64,000 bases of DNA from Inquilinaceae bacterium (GCA_965250245.1 OZ252296.1:26994-90993); one strand, 5' to 3'. Positions 40,233 through 49,929 are shown, counted from the first letter of the stretch. Translations and numbers: made by a program. Notes: generated by a model from the letters alone, not told the origin.

Positions 40233-41066
40233 ATGGTCGGGATCAAGGCCGTGGCATCCGCCGCCGCAGTGCTTCTGGTGATATTGCCGGGCCTGGGCGC
40301 CCATGCGCAGGAGGGCACGCCGACGGAGGAGCGGCCCGGCGGCCGGCCCGGCGCGCCGGAAGGCGACTGGGTGTTCCGCCTCGGCGCGGCGGGGAGCTAT
40401 GGCCCTGAATACGAAGGATCGGACGAGTACGAGTTCAGCGCATTGCCACTGCTGGAGGTCGAGTACAAGGAGCGGTTCTTCCTGAGCCCGGTGCGGGGTG
40501 CCGGCGTCTTCCTGTTCAACGATCGGACCTTCCAGCTCGGCGTGGCGGTCGGTTACGCGTTCGGGCGGGACGAGGACGATTCCAGCGACCTGAACGGGCT
40601 CGGCGACATCGATGGCGGCGCCGTCGTCAACGTGAACGCCGAATACAATCTCTTCGAGCAGGAGATCCTCCCCGGCCTGTCCTTCGGCGCCCAGTTCGAG
40701 CACCAGTTCACCGGCGACGATGTCGGGTTCACCCTTGGCGGCGATATCGGCTACCGCTTTCCCATCTCCCGCCGGCTGTTCCTGCGGCCGTCGGTGAACG
40801 CCGTCTATGCCAGCGGCGAGAACATGGACGCGTTCTTCGGCGTGTCGGCGGCGCAGTCGGCCGGATCGGGGCTCGCCCAGTTCGACCCGGATTCGGGCAT
40901 CAAGTCGGTCGGCGCCTCGCTGGGCACCTTCTACCAGTTCACCGAGAACTGGGGCGGCCAGGCTTTGCTGGCCTACGAGCGGCTGGTCGGAGACGCCGCA
41001 GACAGCCCGATCGTCAAGGACGAGGACCAATACCGGGCGTTCCTGGGTCTGGTGTACCGCTTCTGA
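40233..41066 (+). CDS. mipA: MipA/OmpV family outer-membrane protein
   Basis: 277 aa with a signal peptide (...GLGAHAQE), alternating beta-strand pattern and the C-terminal aromatic end ...GLVYRF. Confidence 0.85.
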   Translation: MVGIKAVASAAAVLLVILPGLGAHAQEGTPTEERPGGRPGAPEGDWVFRLGAAGSYGPEYEGSDEYEFSALPLLEVEYKERFFLSPVRGAGVFLFNDRTFQLGVAVGYAFGRDEDDSSDLNGLGDIDGGAVVNVNAEYNLFEQEILPGLSFGAQFEHQFTGDDVGFTLGGDIGYRFPISRRLFLRPSVNAVYASGENMDAFFGVSAAQSAGSGLAQFDPDSGIKSVGASLGTFYQFTENWGGQALLAYERLVGDAADSPIVKDEDQYRAFLGLVYRF

Positions 41067-41242
41067 GCACGCCCGGGCCGCGGCGCCGGCACGGTTACTG
41101 CCCGCGCAGATGGAAATGCGCGCGCCCTCTTGTCGCAAAACGATTCCCCTTACGCCATGTTCCTGATATGTTCGGAGCTCCGGGGCTGCTGACCGGACGT
41201 GGATGCCGCCCCCAATGAGACAAATCCGGGCGGGGGACATCG

Positions 41243-42730
41243 ATGGGGCGATATCGCGGATTGCTCGCCGGGCTGTTGCTTGCGGGCCTGTCCGCACCGG
41301 CGGCGGCGCAATATTCCGAGAGCGTTGCGGGCTGGGAGATCGCCGGTGCCGACGGGATCTGCCTCGGCGTCGGTCCGGTCGTCGCGGGCAACCATGTGGC
41401 CATAGGGATCGGTGGCGGCGGCTTCCATCTGAGCGCGAATTCGACGCGGTTCAGCTACGGCTCGGTCCGCAGCCTGGCCGTCACCCTGGCGATCGACGAC
41501 CGATGGGAGCGGCGGATGTCCGCGACCGTCGATCTGGAAGACCTCCTGTTATTCGAGTTCGACCTGTCGGACCCGTTCATCGACCATCTCCGGGCCGGCA
41601 ACGTGCTGCGCGTGGACACCGGGCAGGCCGTCTTCAAGGTGGGATTGTCCGGGTCATCGGCCGCGATCGCCGCTTTGTGGGAATGCGGACGCCAGGTCGG
41701 CGCGCCGACGGGGGCGGCAACCGCCGTGCCCGCCGCGCCCGCCGGGCCGGATGATCCCGGCAACGAATTCCGGATCGGAAGCTGGCTCGGCGAAGCCTAT
41801 TTCCACGAGGACGGTCGCTTCGCGGCCTGCATGGTATTCGGACCCGAGGACGGGCCGGTGCTGCTGTTGCTGAGCCGGTCGCCGCTCGGGTTCGAGATCG
41901 GGCTGCAGAACGACGATTGGGCGCTGGCGGATGGTGCCCGCTATCCCGTTTCAGTCGCCGTCGACGATCGATGGCGAGCCGACCTCGAGGCGCAGGCGAT
42001 CGGCACCGGCAGCGTCGTCATCGCGCTCGATCGCGCGCCGACGGCCCTCGACCATCTGCGTCGCGGAAATCGGCTGACGGTCACGGCGGCGCAACAGGTG
42101 TTCCGGTTCGACCTGTCGGGCAGCAGCGCGGCGATCGGCGCGCTGTCGGATTGCTATGCGGTCCGCACCGGCGAGACGGAGGTTGCGGCGGCGCCGGTTC
42201 CGCCGCCGGCCGAGGCTTCGGGGAGCACGCCGCCGGGGCCGGAACTCTCCATCGGCGTCTACCGCCGCCCCCTCGCAATGCGCCAGTCTGACGTCGAGGA
42301 GTTGATCCTGAGCCGGGTCGCGCCGTCGGGGCGGGTCTGGATCAACAACGAGACACCGCCGTTCTTCGAATTCTACGGCAATCGGGGCGTTCGCGATGGC
42401 GGCCCGGTCTGGGGCCAGGTGATCGCCGTCAGCGTGCCGAGCGGGCTGATCGAACTGGCGATGCTGGCCCTGTATGCCGACAGGGTGGCGGAATGCGGAG
42501 AGGGCGGCGAGTCCGGCCTGTTGCCGGCGGAATCGTACGCCGGACTCGATCTGCAATACGCCGTCATACAATGCGGCACCGAACCGGGGGACCGGCAGGT
42601 CGAACTGGTGCTGATGCTGATCGGGACCGACGGCGCGCTCTACGTCATCGAGGGCGGCTACACCGATACCTATCGCATGGCCGATCTGGTGCTGGCGATC
42701 CAGACCCTGGGCCGGGCCGTGGCGGAATGA
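41243..42730 (+). CDS. Secreted paralog 1 (architecture SP-A-A-linker-B) of an uncharacterised family
   Basis: 495 aa with the signal ...LSAPAAAQ. Two copies of the module with DDRW / HLR(A/R)GN / LSGSSAAI.AL..C, then a C-terminal module with 2 Cys. Confidence 0.75.
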   Translation: MGRYRGLLAGLLLAGLSAPAAAQYSESVAGWEIAGADGICLGVGPVVAGNHVAIGIGGGGFHLSANSTRFSYGSVRSLAVTLAIDDRWERRMSATVDLEDLLLFEFDLSDPFIDHLRAGNVLRVDTGQAVFKVGLSGSSAAIAALWECGRQVGAPTGAATAVPAAPAGPDDPGNEFRIGSWLGEAYFHEDGRFAACMVFGPEDGPVLLLLSRSPLGFEIGLQNDDWALADGARYPVSVAVDDRWRADLEAQAIGTGSVVIALDRAPTALDHLRRGNRLTVTAAQQVFRFDLSGSSAAIGALSDCYAVRTGETEVAAAPVPPPAEASGSTPPGPELSIGVYRRPLAMRQSDVEELILSRVAPSGRVWINNETPPFFEFYGNRGVRDGGPVWGQVIAVSVPSGLIELAMLALYADRVAECGEGGESGLLPAESYAGLDLQYAVIQCGTEPGDRQVELVLMLIGTDGALYVIEGGYTDTYRMADLVLAIQTLGRAVAE

Positions 42731-44019
42731 TGCGCGGGCTGCACATGCGGCCGGCGCCCGCACCGCCTTGGCCGTGCCCCCTGATCCATCTCGCCGGATT
42801 GGTCTTGGTGGTGCTTGCGATCGGGATTGTCCAACCGGTCCCGGCTTGGGCCCAGGACGTCAGCAGGCAGCAGGCCTTCACTGTTGGCGACTGGACCGGT
42901 CATGCCAGGTTCGATGGGAACGGGCTCTATCTCAGCTGCGCGGTTCAGCAAAGGCGGCCATCGGGCACCCAATTGTTCCTGGGCCTTGCCGGGCATGGGC
43001 TGTTGATCGTTCTGGTCGACACGTCCTGGAGCCTGCCCGCCGATGGGCGCCGGGCCGCGACCCTCATCGTCGACGACCGATGGGTCGAGCGGACGGTCGC
43101 GACGAACTCCAACGCACACGGATTGGTCATCGATCTCGGCCATGACGCGGAGGCGGTCGATGCACTGCGCCGTGGGCGATCGCTGACGGTGCAGATGCCC
43201 GATCGGACGCTGCAATTCAGCTTGACCGACAGCAGCGCTGCCATCGCGGGGCTGCAGGAGTGTCACACGCGCAACACCCGACCGGCGGCGATCGCCGAGG
43301 CGCCGGCGGCGCCCGCCGGCCTGGCCTCGGCGAACCCGTTTGCACCGGCGGACACGCCGCCATCGGCGCCGGCCGCACCGTCACCCAGCAATCCCTTCGC
43401 GCCGGTCGGCGCGACGCCATCGGCGCCTGAATCGGCGCCGCCCGGCAACCCCTTCGCACCGGCCTCGCCGCAGGGTGGTGCCGGAACGCCATCCGAGATC
43501 GCCGCGGCGCCGGCCGGGACACCGGGCGGGCCGCGCCCCGAGCCGGCCCGCGACGGCGTCCAGCGCATCACGCCGTATCTGCCGTTCGAGGCCTTTGCGC
43601 TGACCGTGGAACTGCTTCTGCCCGGGGAGCCGGAGGTCTGGGAAACGCCGGACGACAGGATGGCCGATTACCAGTTCCGGGGTGAGACGGACCAGGGCCG
43701 CTATCGCGGCCTCTATCTGGAAGTCGCGCCGCTTGGCGAGACGGTGGAGGAGACCCTTTACCGGTTCATGTGGGTCTCGGAAATGGCCTGTGACGGTCGC
43801 TCGCGCGTCATGGGAAGCGGCCTTGAGCGCTTTGGCGGTACGGGCGTGGCGTGGGAGACCATCGAATGCCGCACGTCGGGCGGCCTATTGTTCAGCTCGA
43901 CGGTGGTTTCGCACACCGAAGAAAGCGCCCAGATCTTCGTCGTCGACGGCGAGACCCCCGTCCTCGACGTCACCAAGGAGCTCTATCGGCTGCTGCGGGG
44001 CCTTGCCCAGGACGGCTAG
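42727..44019 (+). CDS. Secreted paralog 2 (SP-A-NPFAP repeat linker-B)
   Basis: 431 aa. Its ATG overlaps the paralog 1 stop (ATGA). Signal ...PVPAWAQD. Module A (IVDDRW, ALRRGRSLTV, SLTDSSAAIAGLQEC) and module B (ADYQFRGE...ACDG...IECR). Confidence 0.75.
   Translation: MMRGLHMRPAPAPPWPCPLIHLAGLVLVVLAIGIVQPVPAWAQDVSRQQAFTVGDWTGHARFDGNGLYLSCAVQQRRPSGTQLFLGLAGHGLLIVLVDTSWSLPADGRRAATLIVDDRWVERTVATNSNAHGLVIDLGHDAEAVDALRRGRSLTVQMPDRTLQFSLTDSSAAIAGLQECHTRNTRPAAIAEAPAAPAGLASANPFAPADTPPSAPAAPSPSNPFAPVGATPSAPESAPPGNPFAPASPQGGAGTPSEIAAAPAGTPGGPRPEPARDGVQRITPYLPFEAFALTVELLLPGEPEVWETPDDRMADYQFRGETDQGRYRGLYLEVAPLGETVEETLYRFMWVSEMACDGRSRVMGSGLERFGGTGVAWETIECRTSGGLLFSSTVVSHTEESAQIFVVDGETPVLDVTKELYRLLRGLAQDG
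43333..43503 (+). repeat. 3 x 57-nt (19-aa) in-frame tandem repeat inside paralog 2
   Basis: The units are NPFAPADTPPSAPAAPSPS, NPFAPVGATPSAPESAPPG and NPFAPASPQGGAGTPSEIA. The Asn codons are at 43333, 43390 and 43447. Confidence 0.8.
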
Positions 44020-44087
44020 GGCGCTGATAAGCTGACACCGCATCGGTCCGCCGGCAGGCGGCGGACCGCCGGACGGAGGACTGACCC

Positions 44088-44645
44088 ATGCCCAATCTGC
44101 CCTCGCTGCCGGAGGGCGCCCGTCTGCTCGACGTGTTCACCCGCTACCCCGAGCTCACCAGGCCGTTGATCGAGTATCACGAGGTGCTGTTGCGCGGGCC
44201 GTCCCCGATGAGCGTCGGCGAACGCGAGCTGATCGCGGCCTATGTCTCGGGGCTGAACGCCTGCCGCTATTGCCATGGCATCCATGCCCGCACCGCGGAG
44301 GCGTTCGGGATCGAGGAAGGGGCGCTGGAGGCGCTGGTCGAGGATGTCGAGGCCGCCGGCATCGACGCGAAGATGCGGCCGTTGCTGCGCTATGTGAAGA
44401 AGCTGACCGAAACGCCGTCGCGGATGACCGAGGCCGACGCCGAGCCGGTCTTTGCCGCCGGATGGGACGAGACAGCGTTGGTCCACGCGGTGTCGATCTG
44501 CGCCCTGTTCAACTTCATGAACCGGCTTGTCGAGGGCTGCGGGCTGAAGGGCGATCCGGGCTATGCGCTGCAGGCCGGCCCGCGCCTGATGGACGAAGGT
44601 TATTTGCCGATCCTGGAGCGGATGAAGCAGATGCCCAACGGCTAG
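44088..44645 (+). CDS. Carboxymuconolactone decarboxylase (AhpD-like) family, peroxidase-related protein
   Basis: 185 aa with a CxxC-H motif (LNACRYCHGIH). No signal peptide. Confidence 0.85.
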   Translation: MPNLPSLPEGARLLDVFTRYPELTRPLIEYHEVLLRGPSPMSVGERELIAAYVSGLNACRYCHGIHARTAEAFGIEEGALEALVEDVEAAGIDAKMRPLLRYVKKLTETPSRMTEADAEPVFAAGWDETALVHAVSICALFNFMNRLVEGCGLKGDPGYALQAGPRLMDEGYLPILERMKQMPNG

Positions 44646-44655
44646 GCCCGGGTTC

Positions 44656-45762
44656 GTGAAGAGGATTTGGGAGATGTTGCGGGGGCTGATTGCATGTGGG
44701 CTGGCCTTGGCCGCCGTGATCACCGCGGTCCCGGCCGCGGCGATGGAACGCGTGCGAATCGGCGACTGGTTCCTGAGCACGGATGTGACTGAAGGCGGCG
44801 ACCGATTCTGCACGGCGACCGGCCCGTCCACCGTAGACAGCGCCCTTCAACTCGCCTTCCTCGGAGAGCAATTCATCGTGGCGGTGCTCAGCGAGCGTTG
44901 GACGGATCGGATCGGCAGGGTCGTTCCGTTGCAGGCGGCGGTTGACGACCGCTGGGGCCAGATGCTGCTCGGCCGGATCATGTCCGAGAAATACCTCATG
45001 GTGGAATTCGCCAGGGACGATCCGGTGCTGGAGCATCTGCGGGCCGGGCGTCAATTCAACATCTCCCGGCAGAGCAACGTCATCTCATTCGACCTGACGG
45101 GATCGGCCGACATCATCGAGGCGCTGATCCTGTGCAGTCACGGCCTCGACTGGAATGACCCGGCTGACCCGCGCTCGGCGGGCGCCGATGGCGGCGGGAC
45201 CTCAACCGGGCAGCCGCCGTCCGATCCAACTGTGGAACCGCTCGACATAGGCCCCGTTGCGGTTGGCGGTGACCGGCCGAATCCGACCCGATACATCGTT
45301 CCGCATGTCGAACCGCTGCAGTCCTTCGAGGTCTTCGCGTCGTCGGTCGCACGCGCCGTGCCTGGCGACCCGCTTGTCGAGCGCACCGAGCCCGGCAACC
45401 GATTCGCCGATTACGAATTCCGGGGCGAGGCTGAAGGCGGTTTCTACTTCGGAAAATACTTCGCGGTCGCCCCTCAGGGCGCGACCATCGTCGATCTGCT
45501 CAACCGGGAAATGTCGGTCTCCGAGGCCACATGCACCGGCGATCCACGATCCGTCGGCCGGGGCGGGGAACGCATTGGCGGGACAAGTGTGGTCTGGGAG
45601 GTGATCGACTGCGGTGGCGACAGTGGCGTGCAGTTCCGCGCCGTCCTGGTCTCCGGCGACGGCCATGAGGCCCAGATCATCACGGTGTTCGGCGAACCGT
45701 CGACATATGAGGTGGCCGTGGCGCTCTACGACATGCTGCGGAATCAGGTGCGGCAGCGGTAA
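44656..45762 (+). CDS. Secreted paralog 3 (SP-A-linker-B)
   Basis: 368 aa from GTG 44656. An alternative ATG at 44674 has GAGG 9 nt upstream. Module A (AVDDRW, EHLRAGRQFNI, DLTGSADIIEALILC) and module B (ADYEFRGE...TCTG...IDCG). Confidence 0.75.
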   Translation: MKRIWEMLRGLIACGLALAAVITAVPAAAMERVRIGDWFLSTDVTEGGDRFCTATGPSTVDSALQLAFLGEQFIVAVLSERWTDRIGRVVPLQAAVDDRWGQMLLGRIMSEKYLMVEFARDDPVLEHLRAGRQFNISRQSNVISFDLTGSADIIEALILCSHGLDWNDPADPRSAGADGGGTSTGQPPSDPTVEPLDIGPVAVGGDRPNPTRYIVPHVEPLQSFEVFASSVARAVPGDPLVERTEPGNRFADYEFRGEAEGGFYFGKYFAVAPQGATIVDLLNREMSVSEATCTGDPRSVGRGGERIGGTSVVWEVIDCGGDSGVQFRAVLVSGDGHEAQIITVFGEPSTYEVAVALYDMLRNQVRQR

Positions 45763-45780
45763 CCCGCCGCCGAGGGTCTG

Positions 45781-46329
45781 CTAGCGCCCGGCGCGGATTC
45801 GCAGGGCCATGGCCTCGGCGCGGTGGCTCTGGGCCGCCTTGGCCTTGCGCCGGCCGATGCGGTGGGCGATGCCGGCGAACAGCGCCACAAGGCTGAGCAG
45901 AAGGCCCAGCAGCGCCAATCCCGCTGCCAGCATGGCCATCGGCGGCACCGCCTCGCCCAGCAGCACCGGCGGCCAGAGCCGGATGGCATGAGAGTAGACC
46001 TCCCACCCGGCGGCGGCGCCGAAGCCCAGGGCCCCGATCAGGCTGGCCCATTGCCAGATGGCGATCGCCAGCAGCATTCCGAGCAGTCCGAAGGCGAGGC
46101 CGACCGGGCCGTGGCTGACCGCAACCGGCATTTCCAGCCGGTCCTGCAAATCCAGCATGCCGGCCGGCCAGACCGGCGATTCGCCGGTCACCTCGAACAG
46201 GAACACCAGATGGGTGGCGACCAGGACCGCAAGCAGGAAGGCGCACACGCGGGTCGTGGACCGCGCACCGGTGCCGCCGGTTTCGGTTTCCGGCGCCGGG
46301 CCCTTGGCAATCTCCCTGGCACTTCTCAT
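45781..46329 (-). CDS. Hypothetical membrane protein
   Basis: 182 aa with about 4 hydrophobic segments. ATG start. Convergent with paralog 3. Confidence 0.6.
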   Translation of the reverse strand: MRSAREIAKGPAPETETGGTGARSTTRVCAFLLAVLVATHLVFLFEVTGESPVWPAGMLDLQDRLEMPVAVSHGPVGLAFGLLGMLLAIAIWQWASLIGALGFGAAAGWEVYSHAIRLWPPVLLGEAVPPMAMLAAGLALLGLLLSLVALFAGIAHRIGRRKAKAAQSHRAEAMALRIRAGR

Positions 46330-46491
46330 CGACGATCCTGCGGCATCTACGCCCCGGCGGGGACTGTAAACCTGTATTTCTTGCTGCTTCGTTGAAGCGC
46401 TGCCGGTGCGTTCTCCGGGCCGGGGCCCGGAATCGCGGGATTATTGGCGCTTCGCGTCCCTGCCGCAAGCCGCGCGTAGGTCCGGCGGACC

Positions 46492-47403
46492 CTACGGTCC
46501 GGCCGGCTCCGCTGCGCGGCCGCTGCGCAGGCGGCTGATGTTGATGCCGATCAGGATCAGCGCCAGCGCCGCCCAACCGCCGGCCGACGGGATCTCCGCC
46601 AGGAACAGCCAGGCCCAGAACACCGCGAACAACGGTACCAGATAGCTGACCTGGCTCATGAAGGTGGCGCCGACCGCGGTGATGATCTGGAAGCGCAACA
46701 GGTAGGCGAGACCCGTGGGCAGCAGCCCCAGGAAGACCAGCGCCAGCAGCGCCGGGCTGCCGGGCATCGCCTGCCACGGCCGGTCGACCAGCAGCGCCAG
46801 TGGGACCATGTAGACCGTCGCGGTGATCAGCACCGTGGCCGCATTGGCCAGCGGCGCCACATGCGCGACCCGCCGGGTCAGCACGCCCGACAGCGCGTAG
46901 CAGGCCGCGGCACCCATGACGGCGAGCTGGCCCAGGACGCTGGCCCTGGCCCCGGCGATGGCATCCAGCCCGACCAGCACCGCGACCCCGGCGAAGCCCA
47001 ACAGCATGCCCGCGACCTTCGGCAGCGTCAGCCGGTCGTCGCCGGTGAACAGGTGCGACAGGATCAGCGCCACGAACGGGCCGGTGGCCATCAGGATCGC
47101 CGCCATGGCGCTGTCGATGTGCTTCTGCCCCCAGCTGATCAGAACGAAGGGCAGGGCGGTGTTGAAGAAGCCGATGATCGTCAGCAGGCCGAGCGTGCGC
47201 GGGTCCGTCGGCAGCCGCAGCCCGGCCAGCCGCACGGCGATCGCCAGGGCGATGGCGGCCAGAAGGATGCGGCCGGCCGCCAGGCTGAGCGGCGCGAAGC
47301 CGGTCAGCGCGATCTCGATGCATAGGAACGCCGATCCCCAGATCGCGCCCAGGGCGAACAGGCGGGTGGTGTCGATCGCGGTGGGCTGGCGGATCGGCGG
47401 CAT
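46492..47403 (-). CDS. DMT-superfamily (EamA) transporter
   Basis: 303 aa, 10-TM pattern with two EamA-like halves. Confidence 0.88.
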   Translation of the reverse strand: MPPIRQPTAIDTTRLFALGAIWGSAFLCIEIALTGFAPLSLAAGRILLAAIALAIAVRLAGLRLPTDPRTLGLLTIIGFFNTALPFVLISWGQKHIDSAMAAILMATGPFVALILSHLFTGDDRLTLPKVAGMLLGFAGVAVLVGLDAIAGARASVLGQLAVMGAAACYALSGVLTRRVAHVAPLANAATVLITATVYMVPLALLVDRPWQAMPGSPALLALVFLGLLPTGLAYLLRFQIITAVGATFMSQVSYLVPLFAVFWAWLFLAEIPSAGGWAALALILIGINISRLRSGRAAEPAGP

Positions 47404-47513
47404 GGCGGGGCTCGGTCACGTTTGCGGGCCGCATGGGCGGCCCGGTGGCTTCTTCCTACACGGCGCGGCCCGCGTGCGAAAGTGTGTTCGGGGACCAGGT
47501 CCGATACCGGCGC

Positions 47514-48215
47514 CTATCCCGCCAGCCGGGCCTGCACCTTGTCGGACCGCAGTTCCTTCAGCGCGTCGCGGCCGATCCACTGCGCCGAGAGCTCCGGCCG
47601 CGCGACCAGGCGTTCCGCGCCGGCGATGGCGGCCCGGTTCAGGGACGGGTTGCGCTTGCCTATCTGGCGCAGCGCCCAATTGACGGCTTTCTTCACGAAG
47701 TTGCGGCCGTCATCGGCGGCCGCTTCGATCGTTGGGAGCAGCGCCAGGAACCGGTCGTCCGGCGCGCGCTTGTCGTGCACCGCCAGGCAGGCGATCAGCG
47801 CGAAGCCCGCGCGGCGGACGAAAGTCTCCTCGCGCGGGCACCAGCGCGCCACCATGCCGTAGGGATCGGCGGTCCGGCGCGCCAGGTTGAGGCAGAACTG
47901 GTCGGTGACGTCCCAGGAATCCAGCTCGGCGACCCAGCGTTCCAGCAAGGCGGCGTCGCAGGCCTTCGGGTCGGCGACCAGGGCCGCCAGGATGCGCGCC
48001 TCGTGCAGGCCCGATCGCCACAGCCCTTCGGCGACGGCCTGGTCGCGGCCGATCCGCCGGGCAGTCGCCCGCAGCACCGGCATCGACAGTCCCAGGGCGC
48101 GATCGGTGTTGATCCCGAACCGCGCCATTCCCTCGCGGGCCTCCGGGGCCGCCAGGGACCGCAGATGGGCGATTGCCGCCTCGGCCGTGTCGATGCTGTC
48201 CTGATCCGCCGCCAT
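47514..48215 (-). CDS. DNA alkylation repair protein (AlkD-like HEAT-repeat family)
   Basis: 234 aa from ATG 48215, with the motif WVAELDSWDVTDQF, ...NFVKKAVNWALRQIGKR. Confidence 0.8.
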   Translation of the reverse strand: MAADQDSIDTAEAAIAHLRSLAAPEAREGMARFGINTDRALGLSMPVLRATARRIGRDQAVAEGLWRSGLHEARILAALVADPKACDAALLERWVAELDSWDVTDQFCLNLARRTADPYGMVARWCPREETFVRRAGFALIACLAVHDKRAPDDRFLALLPTIEAAADDGRNFVKKAVNWALRQIGKRNPSLNRAAIAGAERLVARPELSAQWIGRDALKELRSDKVQARLAG

Positions 48216-48280
48216 CCTGCGTCCCGCCAATCCGTTGGTAACCGGGCCTAAACCCTTTTTCGCTAAGACAATTTTCATCA

Positions 48281-48874
48281 ATGTTACCAAGGAGAGGTTC
48301 GCCCGTGTGGATCGCGATCGCCGTGGCCGGCGCCATCCTGGTCTTCGGGTACGTCTGGTACGTCTCGATCATCGGCCGGCGCAACAAGGCCCAGGAGGCC
48401 TTTTCCGGGATCGACGTGCAGCTGAAGAAGCGGCACGACCTGATTCCCAACATCCTGACCATCGCCAAGCGTTTCATGGAGCATGAGCGCGGGCTGCTGG
48501 AGGACATCACGCGGCTGCGCGCCCAGGCGTTGGACGCCGGCGGCAAGCCGGACCCGCAGGCGGCCAAGCAGCTGTTCGAGATCGAGGCGGCGCTTCAGGG
48601 CCGGATGGGCCAGCTGATGGTGGCGGTGGAGAACTATCCGGACCTCAAATCCGACCAGACCATGCTGCAGGCCCAGCGCAGCTACAACGAGGTCGAGGCC
48701 AACATCGCCGCGGCCCGGCGTTTCTACAATTCGGCCGTCACCGCGCTGCGCAACGCCATCCAGGTCTTTCCCGGCTCGATGATCGCCGGCATGGCCGGAG
48801 TCGGCGATATGCCGCTGTTCGAGGCCGCAGAGGCCGACCGGCAGCCGGTCGATGCCGACAAGTATCTGAGCTGA
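48281..48874 (+). CDS. lemA: LemA family protein
   Basis: 197 aa with one N-terminal TM, then QLKKRHDLIPNIL...ENYPDLKSDQ...AARRFYNSAV, typical of LemA. An alternative GTG at 48305 has AAGGAG upstream. Confidence 0.9.
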   Translation: MLPRRGSPVWIAIAVAGAILVFGYVWYVSIIGRRNKAQEAFSGIDVQLKKRHDLIPNILTIAKRFMEHERGLLEDITRLRAQALDAGGKPDPQAAKQLFEIEAALQGRMGQLMVAVENYPDLKSDQTMLQAQRSYNEVEANIAAARRFYNSAVTALRNAIQVFPGSMIAGMAGVGDMPLFEAAEADRQPVDADKYLS

Positions 48875-48893
48875 CGGAAGCGGGAGCCGCGAC

Positions 48894-49919
48894 ATGACCG
48901 ATACGACGGATATGGCAAACATCCCGGTGCCGCAGGACGGCGAGCAGCCGCAGACGCCCGCGGCCGCCCCGGCGGGCGGCGGCGGACTCGAAAGCGAACT
49001 GCGCCCTGTCCTGGAAGAGCTGGACAAGGAGCGCGAATCCCAGAAGAACGAGCTGCTGTTCCGCGCCGCCACGGCGGTCCTGGGAGCCGGCGCGCTGGCC
49101 GTGGTCTGCGCCCTGGCGGCGGTCGGTACATTCGGCGCCGGGCTTGCCGAACTCAGTGTCGTGATCTACCTGCTGCCGCCGGTGCTCGTTGCCGTGGCGA
49201 TCGGCATCTGGGCGATCCAGCCGCGCCAGCGCTACATTTCGACGTACAAATCGAAGGTGCTGCCCGCCATCGCCGGCACCCTGGGCTCCTTCGAATACAA
49301 CGAGTCCGGCAAGATCAGCGAGAGCCGGCTGCGCGGCTCGACCCTGCTGCCGCATTTCGACGACTACAAATCCGAGGACAAGTTCACCGGCAGCTACAAG
49401 GGCGTCGGGATCGAGCTGGCCGAGGTCAAGATGACCCGCGAGCAGGGCAGCGGCAAGGACCGCAAGACCGTGACCGTCTTCAAGGGCCTGTTCGCGTTGC
49501 TGTCGACCCACAAGACAGTCAACGGCAAGACCGTGATCAAGCGCGACGCCGGCGCCATCGCCAACTGGCTGGGCGAGAAATTCGGCGGCATGGAGCGCAT
49601 CGCCCTGGAGGATCCGGCCTTCGAGGAGCGTTTCGAGGTCTACGGCACCGACCAGGTGGAGGCCCGCTACCTGCTGACCCCGGCCTTCATGGAGAGGCTG
49701 ACGGCGCTGGCTACCCATATGGGCGACGGCCGGCTGCAGGCCGCCTTCTATGACGAGCAGCTCTTCGTGATGGTGCCCAACAAGAAGGACCTGTTCGAGC
49801 CGCCCTCGATCTTCACCAGTGTGGTGAAGGACACCGGCGTCACCCGCATCTCCCGCGAGATGCGCGACGTCCTGTCAATCATCGACATCCTCCAGCTGGA
49901 CCAGCAGACCGGGCTGTAG
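48894..49919 (+). CDS. Two-TM membrane protein, tandem paralog 1 (DUF3137-like, unverified)
   Basis: 341 aa, 19 nt after lemA, with GGGAG upstream. It has two long hydrophobic segments. Motifs: SEDKFTGSYKGVGIELAE, VFKGLFALLS, LEDPAFEERFEVYGTDQVEARYLLTPAFMERL and AAFYDEQLFVMVP..FEPP. Confidence 0.8.
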   Translation: MTDTTDMANIPVPQDGEQPQTPAAAPAGGGGLESELRPVLEELDKERESQKNELLFRAATAVLGAGALAVVCALAAVGTFGAGLAELSVVIYLLPPVLVAVAIGIWAIQPRQRYISTYKSKVLPAIAGTLGSFEYNESGKISESRLRGSTLLPHFDDYKSEDKFTGSYKGVGIELAEVKMTREQGSGKDRKTVTVFKGLFALLSTHKTVNGKTVIKRDAGAIANWLGEKFGGMERIALEDPAFEERFEVYGTDQVEARYLLTPAFMERLTALATHMGDGRLQAAFYDEQLFVMVPNKKDLFEPPSIFTSVVKDTGVTRISREMRDVLSIIDILQLDQQTGL

Positions 49920-49929
49920 GGCGCCAGGC

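Noticed and set aside
40054-40281. 75-aa ORF in the AT-rich region upstream of mipA
   Set aside because: Its AT-rich codon usage is completely unlike the rest of the window. It overlaps the mipA start and has no RBS, so it is most likely promoter DNA.
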